Source: Candidatus Bathyarchaeota archaeon (GTDB taxonomy: Archaea; Thermoproteota; Bathyarchaeia; Bathyarchaeales; Bathycorpusculaceae). Taken from it: 64,000 bases of DNA. Both the position numbers and the translations under genes were made by a program. Position 1 is the stretch's first letter. Every line of letters starts with the position of its first letter. The stretch spans positions 8,544 through 72,543 of the forward strand of contig JASFPN010000004.1 of NCBI GenBank assembly GCA_050115965.1. Reading direction: 5' to 3'. Positions 27,256 to 36,644 of this stretch are shown here, one piece after another. The notes under the pieces were generated by a model that was given only the letters and a program-made list of their open reading frames with translations, was not told the origin of the DNA and searched no databases.

Positions 27256-28275
27256 ATGATGCCAGCTTGGAGAGATCTCGCGAAACTCTTACCCCTCATT
27301 TCATTCGTTATTCCAATTGTTATTTTGTATTGTTTATACCCTAGTTCATTTGAGTCAACATGGAAGGGCAGAACATATTATCTTTTTTTTCTATGGCTTG
27401 TGTCATTGGAAACAATTCTAAGTTGGGAAAACTTTGAGTTTAAGGGAGGGAGATTGAAATCTGTAAAAACTGTACTTCTTTTCTTTTCATCAACACTTCC
27501 TTTTTTCTATATTTTGGTTTCTCAATTTATGGGATGGAATTCAATATTAGTGGATCTAGCAGTAAAGTCTGGCATAGAACAGGATTGGGCAAATCTTATA
27601 CCACTTTCTATAGAGTATTTGATTTTCACGATTCTATTTGTCCTCATTGTGTCACTGGAGTATGGAGTTAGTAGCCTGCAAGAATATTCAATTTCTACCC
27701 TATTTTTAGGGCTTATTGGGATGATATACATGATGGATAACATGTACCCACTAGGGAAATTCACACCATTCCAGTTCTTAGTGCCAACCACTGCAAAACT
27801 GGCAGCAGGTGTCTTGAATCTTATGGGTTACCAAACAATTTGGTTAGGGATAAGGAACGGTATGCCAGCATTAATTGCCAGTAACGGGATAAGTAACTCT
27901 CCACCTCTCGCCATAGCTTGGCCTTGTTCAGGTATTGAAAGTCTGTTGATTTATACAATTACTATTTTATTATTCTTTAAAAGAACTGATATTTCATGGA
28001 AACAAAGAATTATCTATTTCACAATTGGGGCGGTAGTCACCTACTTTATTAATATAATGAGGATAGCGACAATTTTCATAATGGCAGTCAATAATGAGGA
28101 GTGGTGGAAATTTCATGATTTTTATGCTCAATTGTACTCTATCTCTTGGATCATATCTTACCCATTAATAGTGGTAGGTAGTCGTATATTATGGAAGAAG
28201 ATTAGAAACATGACAAATAGAGGGGCAATAATTCCTACTCAATCCCGAGTTGACGTTAACGCTTCTGTAGCCTAA
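27256..28275 (+). CDS. Archaeosortase (exosortase/archaeosortase-family transpeptidase)
   Basis: Polytopic membrane protein with the family signature: Cys in IAWPCSGIESLLIY, Arg in FINIMRIATIF, and a later His (WWKFHDFY). The subfamily cannot be assigned by eye. Confidence 0.75.
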   Translation: MMPAWRDLAKLLPLISFVIPIVILYCLYPSSFESTWKGRTYYLFFLWLVSLETILSWENFEFKGGRLKSVKTVLLFFSSTLPFFYILVSQFMGWNSILVDLAVKSGIEQDWANLIPLSIEYLIFTILFVLIVSLEYGVSSLQEYSISTLFLGLIGMIYMMDNMYPLGKFTPFQFLVPTTAKLAAGVLNLMGYQTIWLGIRNGMPALIASNGISNSPPLAIAWPCSGIESLLIYTITILLFFKRTDISWKQRIIYFTIGAVVTYFINIMRIATIFIMAVNNEEWWKFHDFYAQLYSISWIISYPLIVVGSRILWKKIRNMTNRGAIIPTQSRVDVNASVA

Positions 28276-28406
28276 ACCCGCGCTTGGAATAAGGTGTTAA
28301 ATTTGGATTGTGAAGACATTTATAGGCTATCAAACACGAAGAGAAACATAGCAAATTACGTATAAGATATAAATTCATTTAAGCTACAATTTGTGAGGAT
28401 GCCTTG

Positions 28407-29456
28407 ATGAAAATCGCTCTTTGCCATCATTATAGTCTTACATTTTATGGAGGCGGAGAACGATTTTTGATTGATGTTTCAAAACAATTGGTCAAAAGAG
28501 GACACGAAGTAACCATCCATGCTTTGCCCATTGGGCGAAGAGCAATTGATATCAAAGATTTAACGAGTAGCTTTGAATATAAGGAGAATTTCATCCATTT
28601 CATCAGTGATGCTGACGTAGCGTATTTCATTTACGCACCAGTTGTAAATTATTTCTTTATAGGAAACTGCCCGAGAATATGCGCGTTTCATTCATTTGTA
28701 TTCCTAAATGAACTGCAACATTCAGAAATAAAAAAAATGAAAAACTCGGTTTTCTTGAGAAAATTTGGCATACTCAGATTTGCATCACGTTTATTCTTTG
28801 GCAAGATTGAACAACGACTACTAAAGGAATTTGATGCAATCCACGTTATCAATAAGAATGCTTTAAACAAGTTTCAGAAATGGAAACGCACCTATTACAT
28901 TCCAAATTGGATTGACACTTCGTGCTTTAAATCTTCTGAAGATAGGTATGAAAAATTTTCTGTTCTTTTTTCCGGTAGAAAATCAAAAGGATTTTCAGAA
29001 TTCATGGAAGTTGCTGACAATATGCAAGGAAAGGGAATTGATTTCTTTGCTATTGGACCGGATATAGAGAATACAAACTCCGTTAGAAGTTTAGGATTTA
29101 AAACTAATGTTGAAGAACTTGTGAGGGTATATTCAAGGGTGCATCTTCTTCTTTATACAAGTAAAATTGATGTTTTTCCTCTAACATTAGTTGAAGCGGC
29201 AGCATGCAAGATACCCATCATTAGTTTCCCAACTGAAGCGGTGAAGGGGCTAGAATTGCCTATATCATACGCAAGATCCAAAAAGGAGTTTACTCGTAGA
29301 ATCCTCAGTGTTTACCAGATGTGGCAAACCAGAAGGGAGAAATACGATGAACTAGCTGATAACATGCGTCTACAAGCAAAAAAATATGATGTAAACAATG
29401 TATTCCCAGAGTTTTTAAATATGTTGAGAAAGGTAGCGAACATTAATGCAAGTTAG
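28407..29456 (+). CDS. GT-B (family 4-like) glycosyltransferase
   Basis: N-terminal KIALCHHYSLTFYGGGERF and a C-terminal donor-binding region (FPLTLVEAAACKIPIIS). TTG 28404 is immediately followed by ATG 28407. Confidence 0.8.
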   Translation: MKIALCHHYSLTFYGGGERFLIDVSKQLVKRGHEVTIHALPIGRRAIDIKDLTSSFEYKENFIHFISDADVAYFIYAPVVNYFFIGNCPRICAFHSFVFLNELQHSEIKKMKNSVFLRKFGILRFASRLFFGKIEQRLLKEFDAIHVINKNALNKFQKWKRTYYIPNWIDTSCFKSSEDRYEKFSVLFSGRKSKGFSEFMEVADNMQGKGIDFFAIGPDIENTNSVRSLGFKTNVEELVRVYSRVHLLLYTSKIDVFPLTLVEAAACKIPIISFPTEAVKGLELPISYARSKKEFTRRILSVYQMWQTRREKYDELADNMRLQAKKYDVNNVFPEFLNMLRKVANINAS

Positions 29457-29562
29457 ATTGCTTACACAAAAGGCAGATTTTTATAATAAAGAATTATTCA
29501 GTATCAATCTTTGGCGCGTATGCTAACTATGATAAGAAAAGGGTGTTCTATGCCACTGAAAG

Positions 29563-31227
29563 GTGGGATATAGAAGGAGGGGTTGCATCATTTTCCATAG
29601 GTTAATAGAGATTTTTAAGTCACGTGCGCTCTCTCTTCAAAAACGATTTGGATACAAATTTTATGTGTGGATTGCTATTGTAATATACACTATCCTGTTT
29701 TCTTTAGTTGAAATCAGACTTTATGATTCTTTCAAAGTATTTACATGGGACCTAGGAATTTTCAATCAAGCATTCTGGAACACTCTACATGGAAGATTCT
29801 TTTTTTATACTACAGAATTTGTTTATACTAACACTGGATGTTTTTTAGGAACACATTTCAGTCCGTTTCTGATAGTAATAGTCCCACTATATGGAATTTA
29901 TCCAACCGGAGAAACTCTTCTGGTAATAAGCACAATAGCTGTTGCCTTGGGCGCACTAGTAACATATAAAATTGCCAGCTTTCTTTTAGATGACGAAAAG
30001 CTAGCTACGATAATTGGAGTTTTGTATTTACTTTATCCAGCGTTACAGGGAATCACACTTTCTGGCTTTTCACCAGAGTCTTTTATGGGAACCTTTTTTC
30101 TTCTTATAATCTATTACCTGATCAGAGTCGATCTGAAGAAGCTTGCACTTGTCGTTACTTTGGGCTTAATGACTCATGAGGCCTCTATCCCTGTAATTGC
30201 ATTTATTGCAATATATGGCCTGTTGTATCACAAATCAATAAAAAATAAAGGTTTTCAATTATCTCTTGTTATTTTAATGGTGTGCATCCCGTATTTCTTC
30301 TTTGCAAAATCTATGAAACTCTATTTTGGTTGGACTGGGCAGACCTCTTTATGGAGAGAATGGGCGTTAGTAGGTGCTACTAGTACATCAGACCTGCCAC
30401 TAAGAATCATTCTCAATCCAATAGGAGCTGTTAACGCCTTATTTTTTGATGGAGCCACAAAATTATTGTATATAGTTTTAATTTTCCTTCCAGTTCTTTT
30501 CGTTCCGCTACTAAGCCTGAGAGGATTAATTCCTTCAATTCCATACCTTTTTATAAGTTTGTTCTCTTCATATGGCCTGTATTATAGCTTAACAGGCCAT
30601 TATGCAGCCTTTGTTGCACCCTTTGTATTCATAGCTTTTATTGAAGGAATTAAAAAGATAAGAGAAAAATCTATAAAAAAAATCTCCCCACCAAAGTTGA
30701 TGAAGATGGCACTCTTAACAAGCTTAGTGATACTTAGTAGTTTATTGCCATTAACTTATTCTCAATTTCAAGTTTTTAAAATTGATGAAGAACACAACAA
30801 CATAATCCGCAGATATATAAGCTACATTCCGCGAGATGCATCTATACTTACTCAAAGCAACATTTTTCCACATATAGCAAATAGACCAGATGCCTATACG
30901 ATTCCTCCACCTACTTGGGGAGATCAATACACACAGGTTGGAAGAGAGACTCTAGTAAACCTTAGCATATCTGGCGTAGAATACGTGCTTCTTGATTTTA
31001 AATCTGAACAATCCTATACTTCGGCTGCCGAACTCATTTATTCTGGTTTTATCCTGAAAAACGGTCATAGCTATAAATGTATGGGTTCAGAAGATGGAGT
31101 AATGTTATTCAAGGCAATTTATGAGAATTCTCGCCAAAAGAAACCCAAAGTCAATGTTAGCGGCTTCTTATGTGAATACAGCACAGATTTAAGATCATCA
31201 GGAAAATTGTCTGAAAATTATGTATGA
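29563..31227 (+). CDS. DUF2079-family polytopic membrane protein (putative GT-C-like glycosyltransferase)
   Basis: The first extracytoplasmic loop carries DLGIFNQAFWN, typical of DUF2079. About 12 TM segments followed by a soluble C-terminal domain. GTG start. Confidence 0.6.
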   Translation: MGYRRRGCIIFHRLIEIFKSRALSLQKRFGYKFYVWIAIVIYTILFSLVEIRLYDSFKVFTWDLGIFNQAFWNTLHGRFFFYTTEFVYTNTGCFLGTHFSPFLIVIVPLYGIYPTGETLLVISTIAVALGALVTYKIASFLLDDEKLATIIGVLYLLYPALQGITLSGFSPESFMGTFFLLIIYYLIRVDLKKLALVVTLGLMTHEASIPVIAFIAIYGLLYHKSIKNKGFQLSLVILMVCIPYFFFAKSMKLYFGWTGQTSLWREWALVGATSTSDLPLRIILNPIGAVNALFFDGATKLLYIVLIFLPVLFVPLLSLRGLIPSIPYLFISLFSSYGLYYSLTGHYAAFVAPFVFIAFIEGIKKIREKSIKKISPPKLMKMALLTSLVILSSLLPLTYSQFQVFKIDEEHNNIIRRYISYIPRDASILTQSNIFPHIANRPDAYTIPPPTWGDQYTQVGRETLVNLSISGVEYVLLDFKSEQSYTSAAELIYSGFILKNGHSYKCMGSEDGVMLFKAIYENSRQKKPKVNVSGFLCEYSTDLRSSGKLSENYV

Positions 31228-32019
31228 TAGAAATTGTTTTACCTCGTTCAGAGAAAGTTTTGATTTTCCCCTTTTCCTGTTGAGAAAGGTTATTGGTACC
31301 TCCCTAATCTTAAACTTACGTAAACGAGCCTGTCGTATAGTTTCAATTTGTATCTCGTAGGTTGTACTATGAAGATCATTAATGATGTTTCGAACTAGAT
31401 CGGAAGAGTAACACCGCAATCCGCTTGTATAATCATGAACATTCGCTCCAATTATCAAAGCAGCCATGAAATTTGCAATTTTACTTATTATCAAGCGTAT
31501 TATGCTCCAGTCACGAGTTCCTCCACCTTTACAGTATCTGCTTCCAACCGCAAGTTTGCAGCCATTTCTTACTGGTTCGACTAACTTTGGAATCTCACGG
31601 GGATCGTGTGAGTAATCAGCATCCATTGTGATGATACAATTTGGCGGGTTTTCTAGCATCATGAATAGTTTGAAAGCGTCAGTAATTGCAGTTCCAAGGC
31701 CTCTTTTTTCCGACCTTACATATAATAGAATGTTAGGATGTTCTCTCTGAAGAGCTCTAACGATGTTAGCTGTATTGTCAGGGCTTGAATCGTCGATAAC
31801 GAGGATACAGGTGTCCAGATCAAGATTTTCAACATCATTAATTAGGTTACCAATGTTTTGTGCTTCGCAGTACGTTGGCAGAATAATACCAATCTCGGAC
31901 TTTATACTCAGGTCGCCTTCGATTAATCTAGAGATATCTCTGTCGGATCTCGAGTCATCACTCAGCTTATGTGTGGGTACATGTGAAATTTTCGAACTGC
32001 AGGAAGCTTGTAAATTCAT
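31198..32019 (-). CDS. Polyprenol/dolichol-phosphate sugar synthase (Dpm1-like GT2)
   Basis: IGIILPTYCEAQNI, VIDDSSPDNT, MDADYSHDP, AVGSRY. About 40-aa N-terminal extension. Confidence 0.8.
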   Translation of the reverse strand: MNLQASCSSKISHVPTHKLSDDSRSDRDISRLIEGDLSIKSEIGIILPTYCEAQNIGNLINDVENLDLDTCILVIDDSSPDNTANIVRALQREHPNILLYVRSEKRGLGTAITDAFKLFMMLENPPNCIITMDADYSHDPREIPKLVEPVRNGCKLAVGSRYCKGGGTRDWSIIRLIISKIANFMAALIIGANVHDYTSGLRCYSSDLVRNIINDLHSTTYEIQIETIRQARLRKFKIREVPITFLNRKRGKSKLSLNEVKQFLSYIIFRQFS

Positions 32020-32113
32020 TGGAGACCTAGTCCTCTAGCAAACTTGGGGTTTATTAATATTTACTATTTAAAGGCTCCGGCAACACGAATTACATTATTC
32101 CCATCTGTATCAC

Positions 32114-33151
32114 TTAACTAGCATGCGACTTTCTTTCATAATAGGCAAGGGGATGCCATATCCTTTGACAAAGCTCATCTGGATTTACGCATACACCGTG
32201 TGTTTTTAATGTGGAGCATTTTGGCGGAGTATACTGTGTTCTGGATCCTTTCTCACCAGCAATATGTTCCACCTGATAACGCGTCATTCTTTCATTGTAG
32301 TCAGAGAAGCTCTTGTATAGTTCGATAATACGTTCAGATGACATTCCTATGTTTACTAGGAAGGCAGTTAATGTGAATCTACCAATGTGGGAAAGATGGT
32401 GTCCAGATGATGCAGATTTGTAGAGAGCATCTACACAAGGGGGAAAAGCAGTTTGTATGACTGTTTGGGGAAAGCTTCTTGGTTCATATCTACCGACCTT
32501 CTCCAGTGACAATTGTTTCAGTTTTTCCGTTATTTCATTAATTTCTTGTGGAAATGGGGGAAGTTCTTGTACTTCTAAACGTTCTTGAATGTGTTTACGG
32601 ATTTCTTCACTCAATAGCCTTGCCACTTCAGTTCGGGTTATGTAAACGTTGCCTTTTGATAGATGACGATTAATAAGCTTCCATTTGCCTCTCTTTAAGT
32701 GAGTTGTGTTTTTTAGATAAAAAACAAAGTTAAGCATAAATTCAAAGGGAGTCGTGGAATCCTCGTTAAGCGCAAGTTTCCAATCATAATCTCTTGCGAT
32801 CAAAAGAATCTTATCTCTTGATTCTTTTTTTAGATCTTCATAGGCTTGTTTGGCTTCAGCTAAAGCGTACCTTTTTTTGATAAAGGCGTCCTTTGTCGCA
32901 ATAGCAAGTATTATGGCAACAAGATATGATGTGATTTCGATGTCTTCATCGATCCTTAATTTTCTGCTAACACGGGAATATAGAATTGATTCTTCAATCC
33001 TCTCCTCAGCACGTTGAACTATCTGAGATAGTTCAGGATCTGCAAGGTCCTCGACTTTCAAATCTGGAATTTGTATCCACTTTCTGGCTACATCAAGAAA
33101 GGGATACTTGGCTATATCATTCTTGGTAAATCTGGCTGCTGCCAGCTCCAT
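32114..33151 (-). CDS. priL: DNA primase large subunit PriL
   Basis: FPPCVDAL motif plus a C-terminal Fe-S domain with Cys ligands (PPKCSTLKTHGVCV...LC). It starts 11 nt after the PCNA stop. Confidence 0.85.
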   Translation of the reverse strand: MELAAARFTKNDIAKYPFLDVARKWIQIPDLKVEDLADPELSQIVQRAEERIEESILYSRVSRKLRIDEDIEITSYLVAIILAIATKDAFIKKRYALAEAKQAYEDLKKESRDKILLIARDYDWKLALNEDSTTPFEFMLNFVFYLKNTTHLKRGKWKLINRHLSKGNVYITRTEVARLLSEEIRKHIQERLEVQELPPFPQEINEITEKLKQLSLEKVGRYEPRSFPQTVIQTAFPPCVDALYKSASSGHHLSHIGRFTLTAFLVNIGMSSERIIELYKSFSDYNERMTRYQVEHIAGEKGSRTQYTPPKCSTLKTHGVCVNPDELCQRIWHPLAYYERKSHAS

Positions 33152-33162
33152 TGAAATCCCAT

Positions 33163-33918
33163 TTACTCTGATTCTATTCTTGGTGCTAGATAAAAAGCTA
33201 GTTTTCCATCCTTCACTTGTTGAAAATCTAATCTAATTGGCATATCAGACGAGAACTCAAGAGTTACAATTTCAGAAGTTGCTGACGCCGCTTTAATTAT
33301 TTCAAGGAGATAGCTTAGGCTGTAGGTTGCTTTGGAAGGCTCTTTTGTTTCTAGATCTAGCAGAGCGTCGGTTCCTTTTTCCAAGTTTATCTTAGCACCC
33401 ATTAGATCTCCTGAAGCATTGAAGAGTAACTGGTTAGAGTCAGCTTCTATGCGAACATGGTCACTAACCAAGTTGGCATCCTCAATTGCTTGCCGTAGAC
33501 CATCAGTTGTAGCCTTTGCCATAACATTGAAAGTAACTTTAGGCGTTGGAACCTCTTCATCAGCTGCCTCGAGTGTTGGCATATTGAAGACCCGTGTGTA
33601 TCTTCCAGTAATCTTGATACTCAATCTTCCAGTTTTTTCGTCTAAAGATAGTTCTACAACTTCATCCTGCTTTGCTCTTTTGATTAGCTTCAAAAGTTCA
33701 CCTATGTTTGTACAGATGTTCATAGATTCAGAACAGACATACTCTTCAAAAACGGTCTTAGGCCATTCAAAGTCAATCATTGCAACACGCGATGGATCCA
33801 TCGCCCTAAGCTTCATCTTGTCAACTTCAAATTTAAACGTGGCTTCATCAACAAGTATAGAAATCGCATTCGTAATATCTTTCAATAGTTTGGCGTTAGA
33901 CGTCTTCAATCGAAACAT
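33163..33918 (-). CDS. pcn: DNA polymerase sliding clamp PCNA
   Basis: 251 aa. AKLLKDITNAISILVDEATFKF..DKMKLRAMDPSRVAMIDF and a two-domain repeat typical of archaeal PCNA. Confidence 0.9.
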   Translation of the reverse strand: MFRLKTSNAKLLKDITNAISILVDEATFKFEVDKMKLRAMDPSRVAMIDFEWPKTVFEEYVCSESMNICTNIGELLKLIKRAKQDEVVELSLDEKTGRLSIKITGRYTRVFNMPTLEAADEEVPTPKVTFNVMAKATTDGLRQAIEDANLVSDHVRIEADSNQLLFNASGDLMGAKINLEKGTDALLDLETKEPSKATYSLSYLLEIIKAASATSEIVTLEFSSDMPIRLDFQQVKDGKLAFYLAPRIESE

Positions 33919-33948
33919 GCTAGACCTCCTGTTATCCGTATGATATGT

Positions 33949-33958
33949 TATTATAAAA
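33949..33958 (-). promoter_or_regulatory. TATA-like element (TTTTATAATA on minus strand) for pcn-priL
   Basis: Centred about 35 nt upstream of the PCNA ATG (33918). Confidence 0.4.
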
Positions 33959-34120
33959 GATTTTGTGATTTAACATATTATCTATGCTCTTACGCAATCA
34001 TGTTTCATGTTATTAATCCGCGTCAAGTTAAAAGGAAAGAATGGTCATTACAACATCATACACACTATTTCAATAGCCGTCAAAGAAATAAGTTATTGTG
34101 AAAGTTTACAACGAAACGTT

Positions 34121-34474
34121 CTAGCTGTATTCCCTGAATGTATAGCCGCATTTTGTACAACGGAAAAATTGTGTAGAAGATTCATCAGCTCCTCTAGTTT
34201 GTACTTGCCAAGCATAGGCTAAGTTATTAGCACATTTAGGACATTCAATTCTCACAGTAGGTAGGGTTCTTAATTTTTGTTCTTTCTTACCAATTACTGC
34301 CACAAGCTTCTGAGGGTTAGGTTGCCCTACCTTTGTGACTTTTACTCCAACCTCTTTTCCTTGGGGTTGTTTCTTATGACCGCACTTCGAGCAAATCAAC
34401 ACTATAGATGTTTTTCTTCCCTTCTTTTCCTTCTGTGGTACTAGTCGGGAGCCACAATTGGAGCAAAATTCCAT
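34121..34474 (-). CDS. tfs: Transcription factor S (TFS)
   Basis: N-terminal ribbon CSNCGSRL...CSKCGH. C-terminal TFIIS-type ribbon CPKC...QTRGADESSTQFFRCTKCGY, with the acidic ADE hairpin retained. Confidence 0.85.
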   Translation of the reverse strand: MEFCSNCGSRLVPQKEKKGRKTSIVLICSKCGHKKQPQGKEVGVKVTKVGQPNPQKLVAVIGKKEQKLRTLPTVRIECPKCANNLAYAWQVQTRGADESSTQFFRCTKCGYTFREYS

Positions 34475-34553
34475 ATTATTCACTCTGCTGTTCGTTCTTT
34501 CTCCCTTGACAGGGCTACTTTTAAACTTTTTCTTATTTCAATAAGTATCTAAG

Positions 34554-35141
34554 TTATGTCTTACTGATCCCAGAAGCGATAAGATGAGCTACACGCAATG
34601 CTTCAGGTACGCTACTTCGAACAGCGGTGAGAAGTAAGATCTTCCTAGCATCTTCTTTTGAAATGCCTGATATATGCATGAATATTTTTTTACCTCCGCG
34701 TTCTGAAAAAACCTCGAATAATTTACCAGCACACTTGATAGCTTTCCATCTCTCCTCACTTCTTGACAAGTTTTCTAATGCTTCACGGATCTCTTTGAGG
34801 TTTGGCTTTTCTCGTGTGACAGCTATTATGGGTAACTTTGTTTCTCTGTTAAGTTTCTTTATGTTAACCACGTTAAAACCTGCAAAGGTTATTCCGTCAA
34901 GCACTACTACTCGTAGTTGTTTATGATGTGATGAAGCTAGGATCATTGATGATATTTTTTCTGTAGCATCAAATCCATCAACTTTGACATGTGTGCTTAT
35001 CACTCCATCAAGCCAATACACCCCTCTATAAACCACTCCTATAATTGGAACAAGCTTTTTTGAGTGAGGAACAAAGGTTCCATCATCAACCCCCAGAACT
35101 CGAATCTCTGGTTTGATTGAGTGAAGTCTTTTTGATGGCAA
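34554..35141 (-). CDS. DUF99/UPF0215-family protein
   Basis: IRVLGVDDGTF N-terminal motif and a length of about 195 aa, typical of the archaeal DUF99 family. TTG start. Confidence 0.65.
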   Translation of the reverse strand: MPSKRLHSIKPEIRVLGVDDGTFVPHSKKLVPIIGVVYRGVYWLDGVISTHVKVDGFDATEKISSMILASSHHKQLRVVVLDGITFAGFNVVNIKKLNRETKLPIIAVTREKPNLKEIREALENLSRSEERWKAIKCAGKLFEVFSERGGKKIFMHISGISKEDARKILLLTAVRSSVPEALRVAHLIASGISKT

Positions 35142-35238
35142 AACTACCCCTCTATAAGGCTATTTCTATTAGTTAGTTGGAGATGAATTATAAATCTAGC
35201 TAGAGGATCACAATAGACCAAACTTCAGAGGGTAAGAT

Positions 35239-35631
35239 TTGAAAGCGAGAACATCGACTCTTCACTTTGTAGGAACTCATAAAAATTTAGGCCAAATATT
35301 GGAAGATCGTCAACTAGCATCTCTTGGGGATATTTTTGTTAATCTCGTATGCTCATTGGTAATATCAAATAGGAAAGGTCGACCTGTGGGAGCCAAAATT
35401 AAAGGGAGTATTCTTGCTGAAGCAGTTAAAAGATCTGGATTAAGAGAATACATGCCACCGAGAACAGATAAACATGCACTAGCTGACGCTGCTGAGGCAC
35501 TGGTCGTCTATGGCTGGTTACATAAACACATCACTCTAGAAGAATGCTTAACGACGCTTGAAATGAACCGTGACATTGTGTATGGGCTAAGTAAGCTACT
35601 TCAGATGGTGCAAGAAAGGATTATTTTTTAA
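35239..35631 (+). CDS. RNase III-domain-like protein (Mini-III-like)
   Basis: QLASLGDIFVNLV resembles the Mini-III LAYIGDAIFEV signature. ADAAEALVVYGWL resembles the second RNase III motif (D-x-x-E-A-L). 130 aa, TTG start. This comparison is from memory only. Confidence 0.4.
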   Translation: MKARTSTLHFVGTHKNLGQILEDRQLASLGDIFVNLVCSLVISNRKGRPVGAKIKGSILAEAVKRSGLREYMPPRTDKHALADAAEALVVYGWLHKHITLEECLTTLEMNRDIVYGLSKLLQMVQERIIF

Positions 35632-35902
35632 AAGTTTTTTCAAGTTCTTTCCTAAATTCCTTGTTCTTCTTAACTGCCTCTTTTACGGCTTTTTGGAGAA
35701 TCTTTTCAGGTTTAACACCTTTTTTTGTACGTAGGAATATTATGGGGTTTGAAGCAATTGGATGTGGGATATCGTAACCTGCTAAATCTACACTTTTTTC
35801 TTCGAGAAGTTTTGATTGAAGTAGATTGCAAAGCGAGTGTCCCATACCTTCAACTTCAAGCTTTAATTCGTTTTCTGATCTCTGTAATATCTTGACTTTC
35901 AT
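35621..35902 (-). CDS. rpoL: DNA-directed RNA polymerase subunit L (Rpo11)
   Basis: ELKLEVEGMGHSLCNLLQSKL...VDLAGYDIPHPIASNPIIFLRTK. Confidence 0.85.
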   Translation of the reverse strand: MKVKILQRSENELKLEVEGMGHSLCNLLQSKLLEEKSVDLAGYDIPHPIASNPIIFLRTKKGVKPEKILQKAVKEAVKKNKEFRKELEKTFKK

Positions 35903-35915
35903 TCAATAAACACTC

Positions 35916-36497
35916 TCACATTGCTGCCTTTCCATAATCTGACGCTGTCATTCTCTGTTCAAACCTTCCACAGTTGGAACAACGCAGTTTTGAACGTTGA
36001 AGATCCATTAAATGGCCACATTGCGAACAAAATGCATAGATAACTCCTAAGTCTTTGTCTTTGGTGGACAGATGGAAGAAGCCGTTTTTTTCACTTACTA
36101 CTTTTCCTCTAAGGATGTCACCAGGTCTACAAACAAAAAATATTGAATCGGTGTATCTTGATTCAACATCAGATATATGTAATAATCCCGGAAAACAATC
36201 AGAAAGCTCGCTCTTGTTCAACATGTAGATGCATATAAAGGCGTTCTGTTTCTGAATTCTCGTAACTTGGCCCAAGATTATGTTGCCCGTTTTTGGAACT
36301 TTGACTTTATTTCCTAGTGGATATACTGATACACGTTTATTTAGAAGGTCCAGTAGGGCACGACCAACTATACTTGAGTATATTATTCCTTTTTTAACAT
36401 AGGTTCCAGTATCAGCGATGAATTCCTCGATTACTCCAAGACGTTGTCCAGGATAAACGAGTTTTCCGCTTTCTCTATCAGACGATTCTGAGGACAT
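35916..36497 (-). CDS. csl4: Exosome complex RNA-binding protein Csl4
   Basis: LVYPGQRLGV N-terminal domain, central S1-like domain, C-terminal zinc ribbon CSQCGH...CSNCG. ATG 36497 lies inside the listed ORF. Confidence 0.8.
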   Translation of the reverse strand: MSSESSDRESGKLVYPGQRLGVIEEFIADTGTYVKKGIIYSSIVGRALLDLLNKRVSVYPLGNKVKVPKTGNIILGQVTRIQKQNAFICIYMLNKSELSDCFPGLLHISDVESRYTDSIFFVCRPGDILRGKVVSEKNGFFHLSTKDKDLGVIYAFCSQCGHLMDLQRSKLRCSNCGRFEQRMTASDYGKAAM

Positions 36498-36644
36498 CTC
36501 ATCCACTCCATCATTTCTATAGGGATAACACTTGTTCTGAATGGAAAACAGTCCAAATGCAAGTGCAACAACTCTGTACACATCTTGCTACTCAATAAAC
36601 TTTTTGATTCAAGCACGCTTAGAATTGGAACTATTAAATATTTT

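Noticed and set aside
26945-32113. Whether the envelope island between the primase operons is a mobile element.
   Set aside because: There is no integrase or transposase, no flanking direct repeats or tRNA target, and no obvious compositional break by eye. It is treated as an ordinary accessory gene block.
33332-33943. 203-aa ORF antisense to PCNA, plus many other 60-135-aa antisense ORFs in the track (for example 690-1010, 2463-2870, 42404-42679, 50542-50871).
   Set aside because: The products are Ser/Leu-rich, low-complexity and family-less. Each lies fully inside a well-supported conserved gene on the other strand, which is typical of shadow ORFs.
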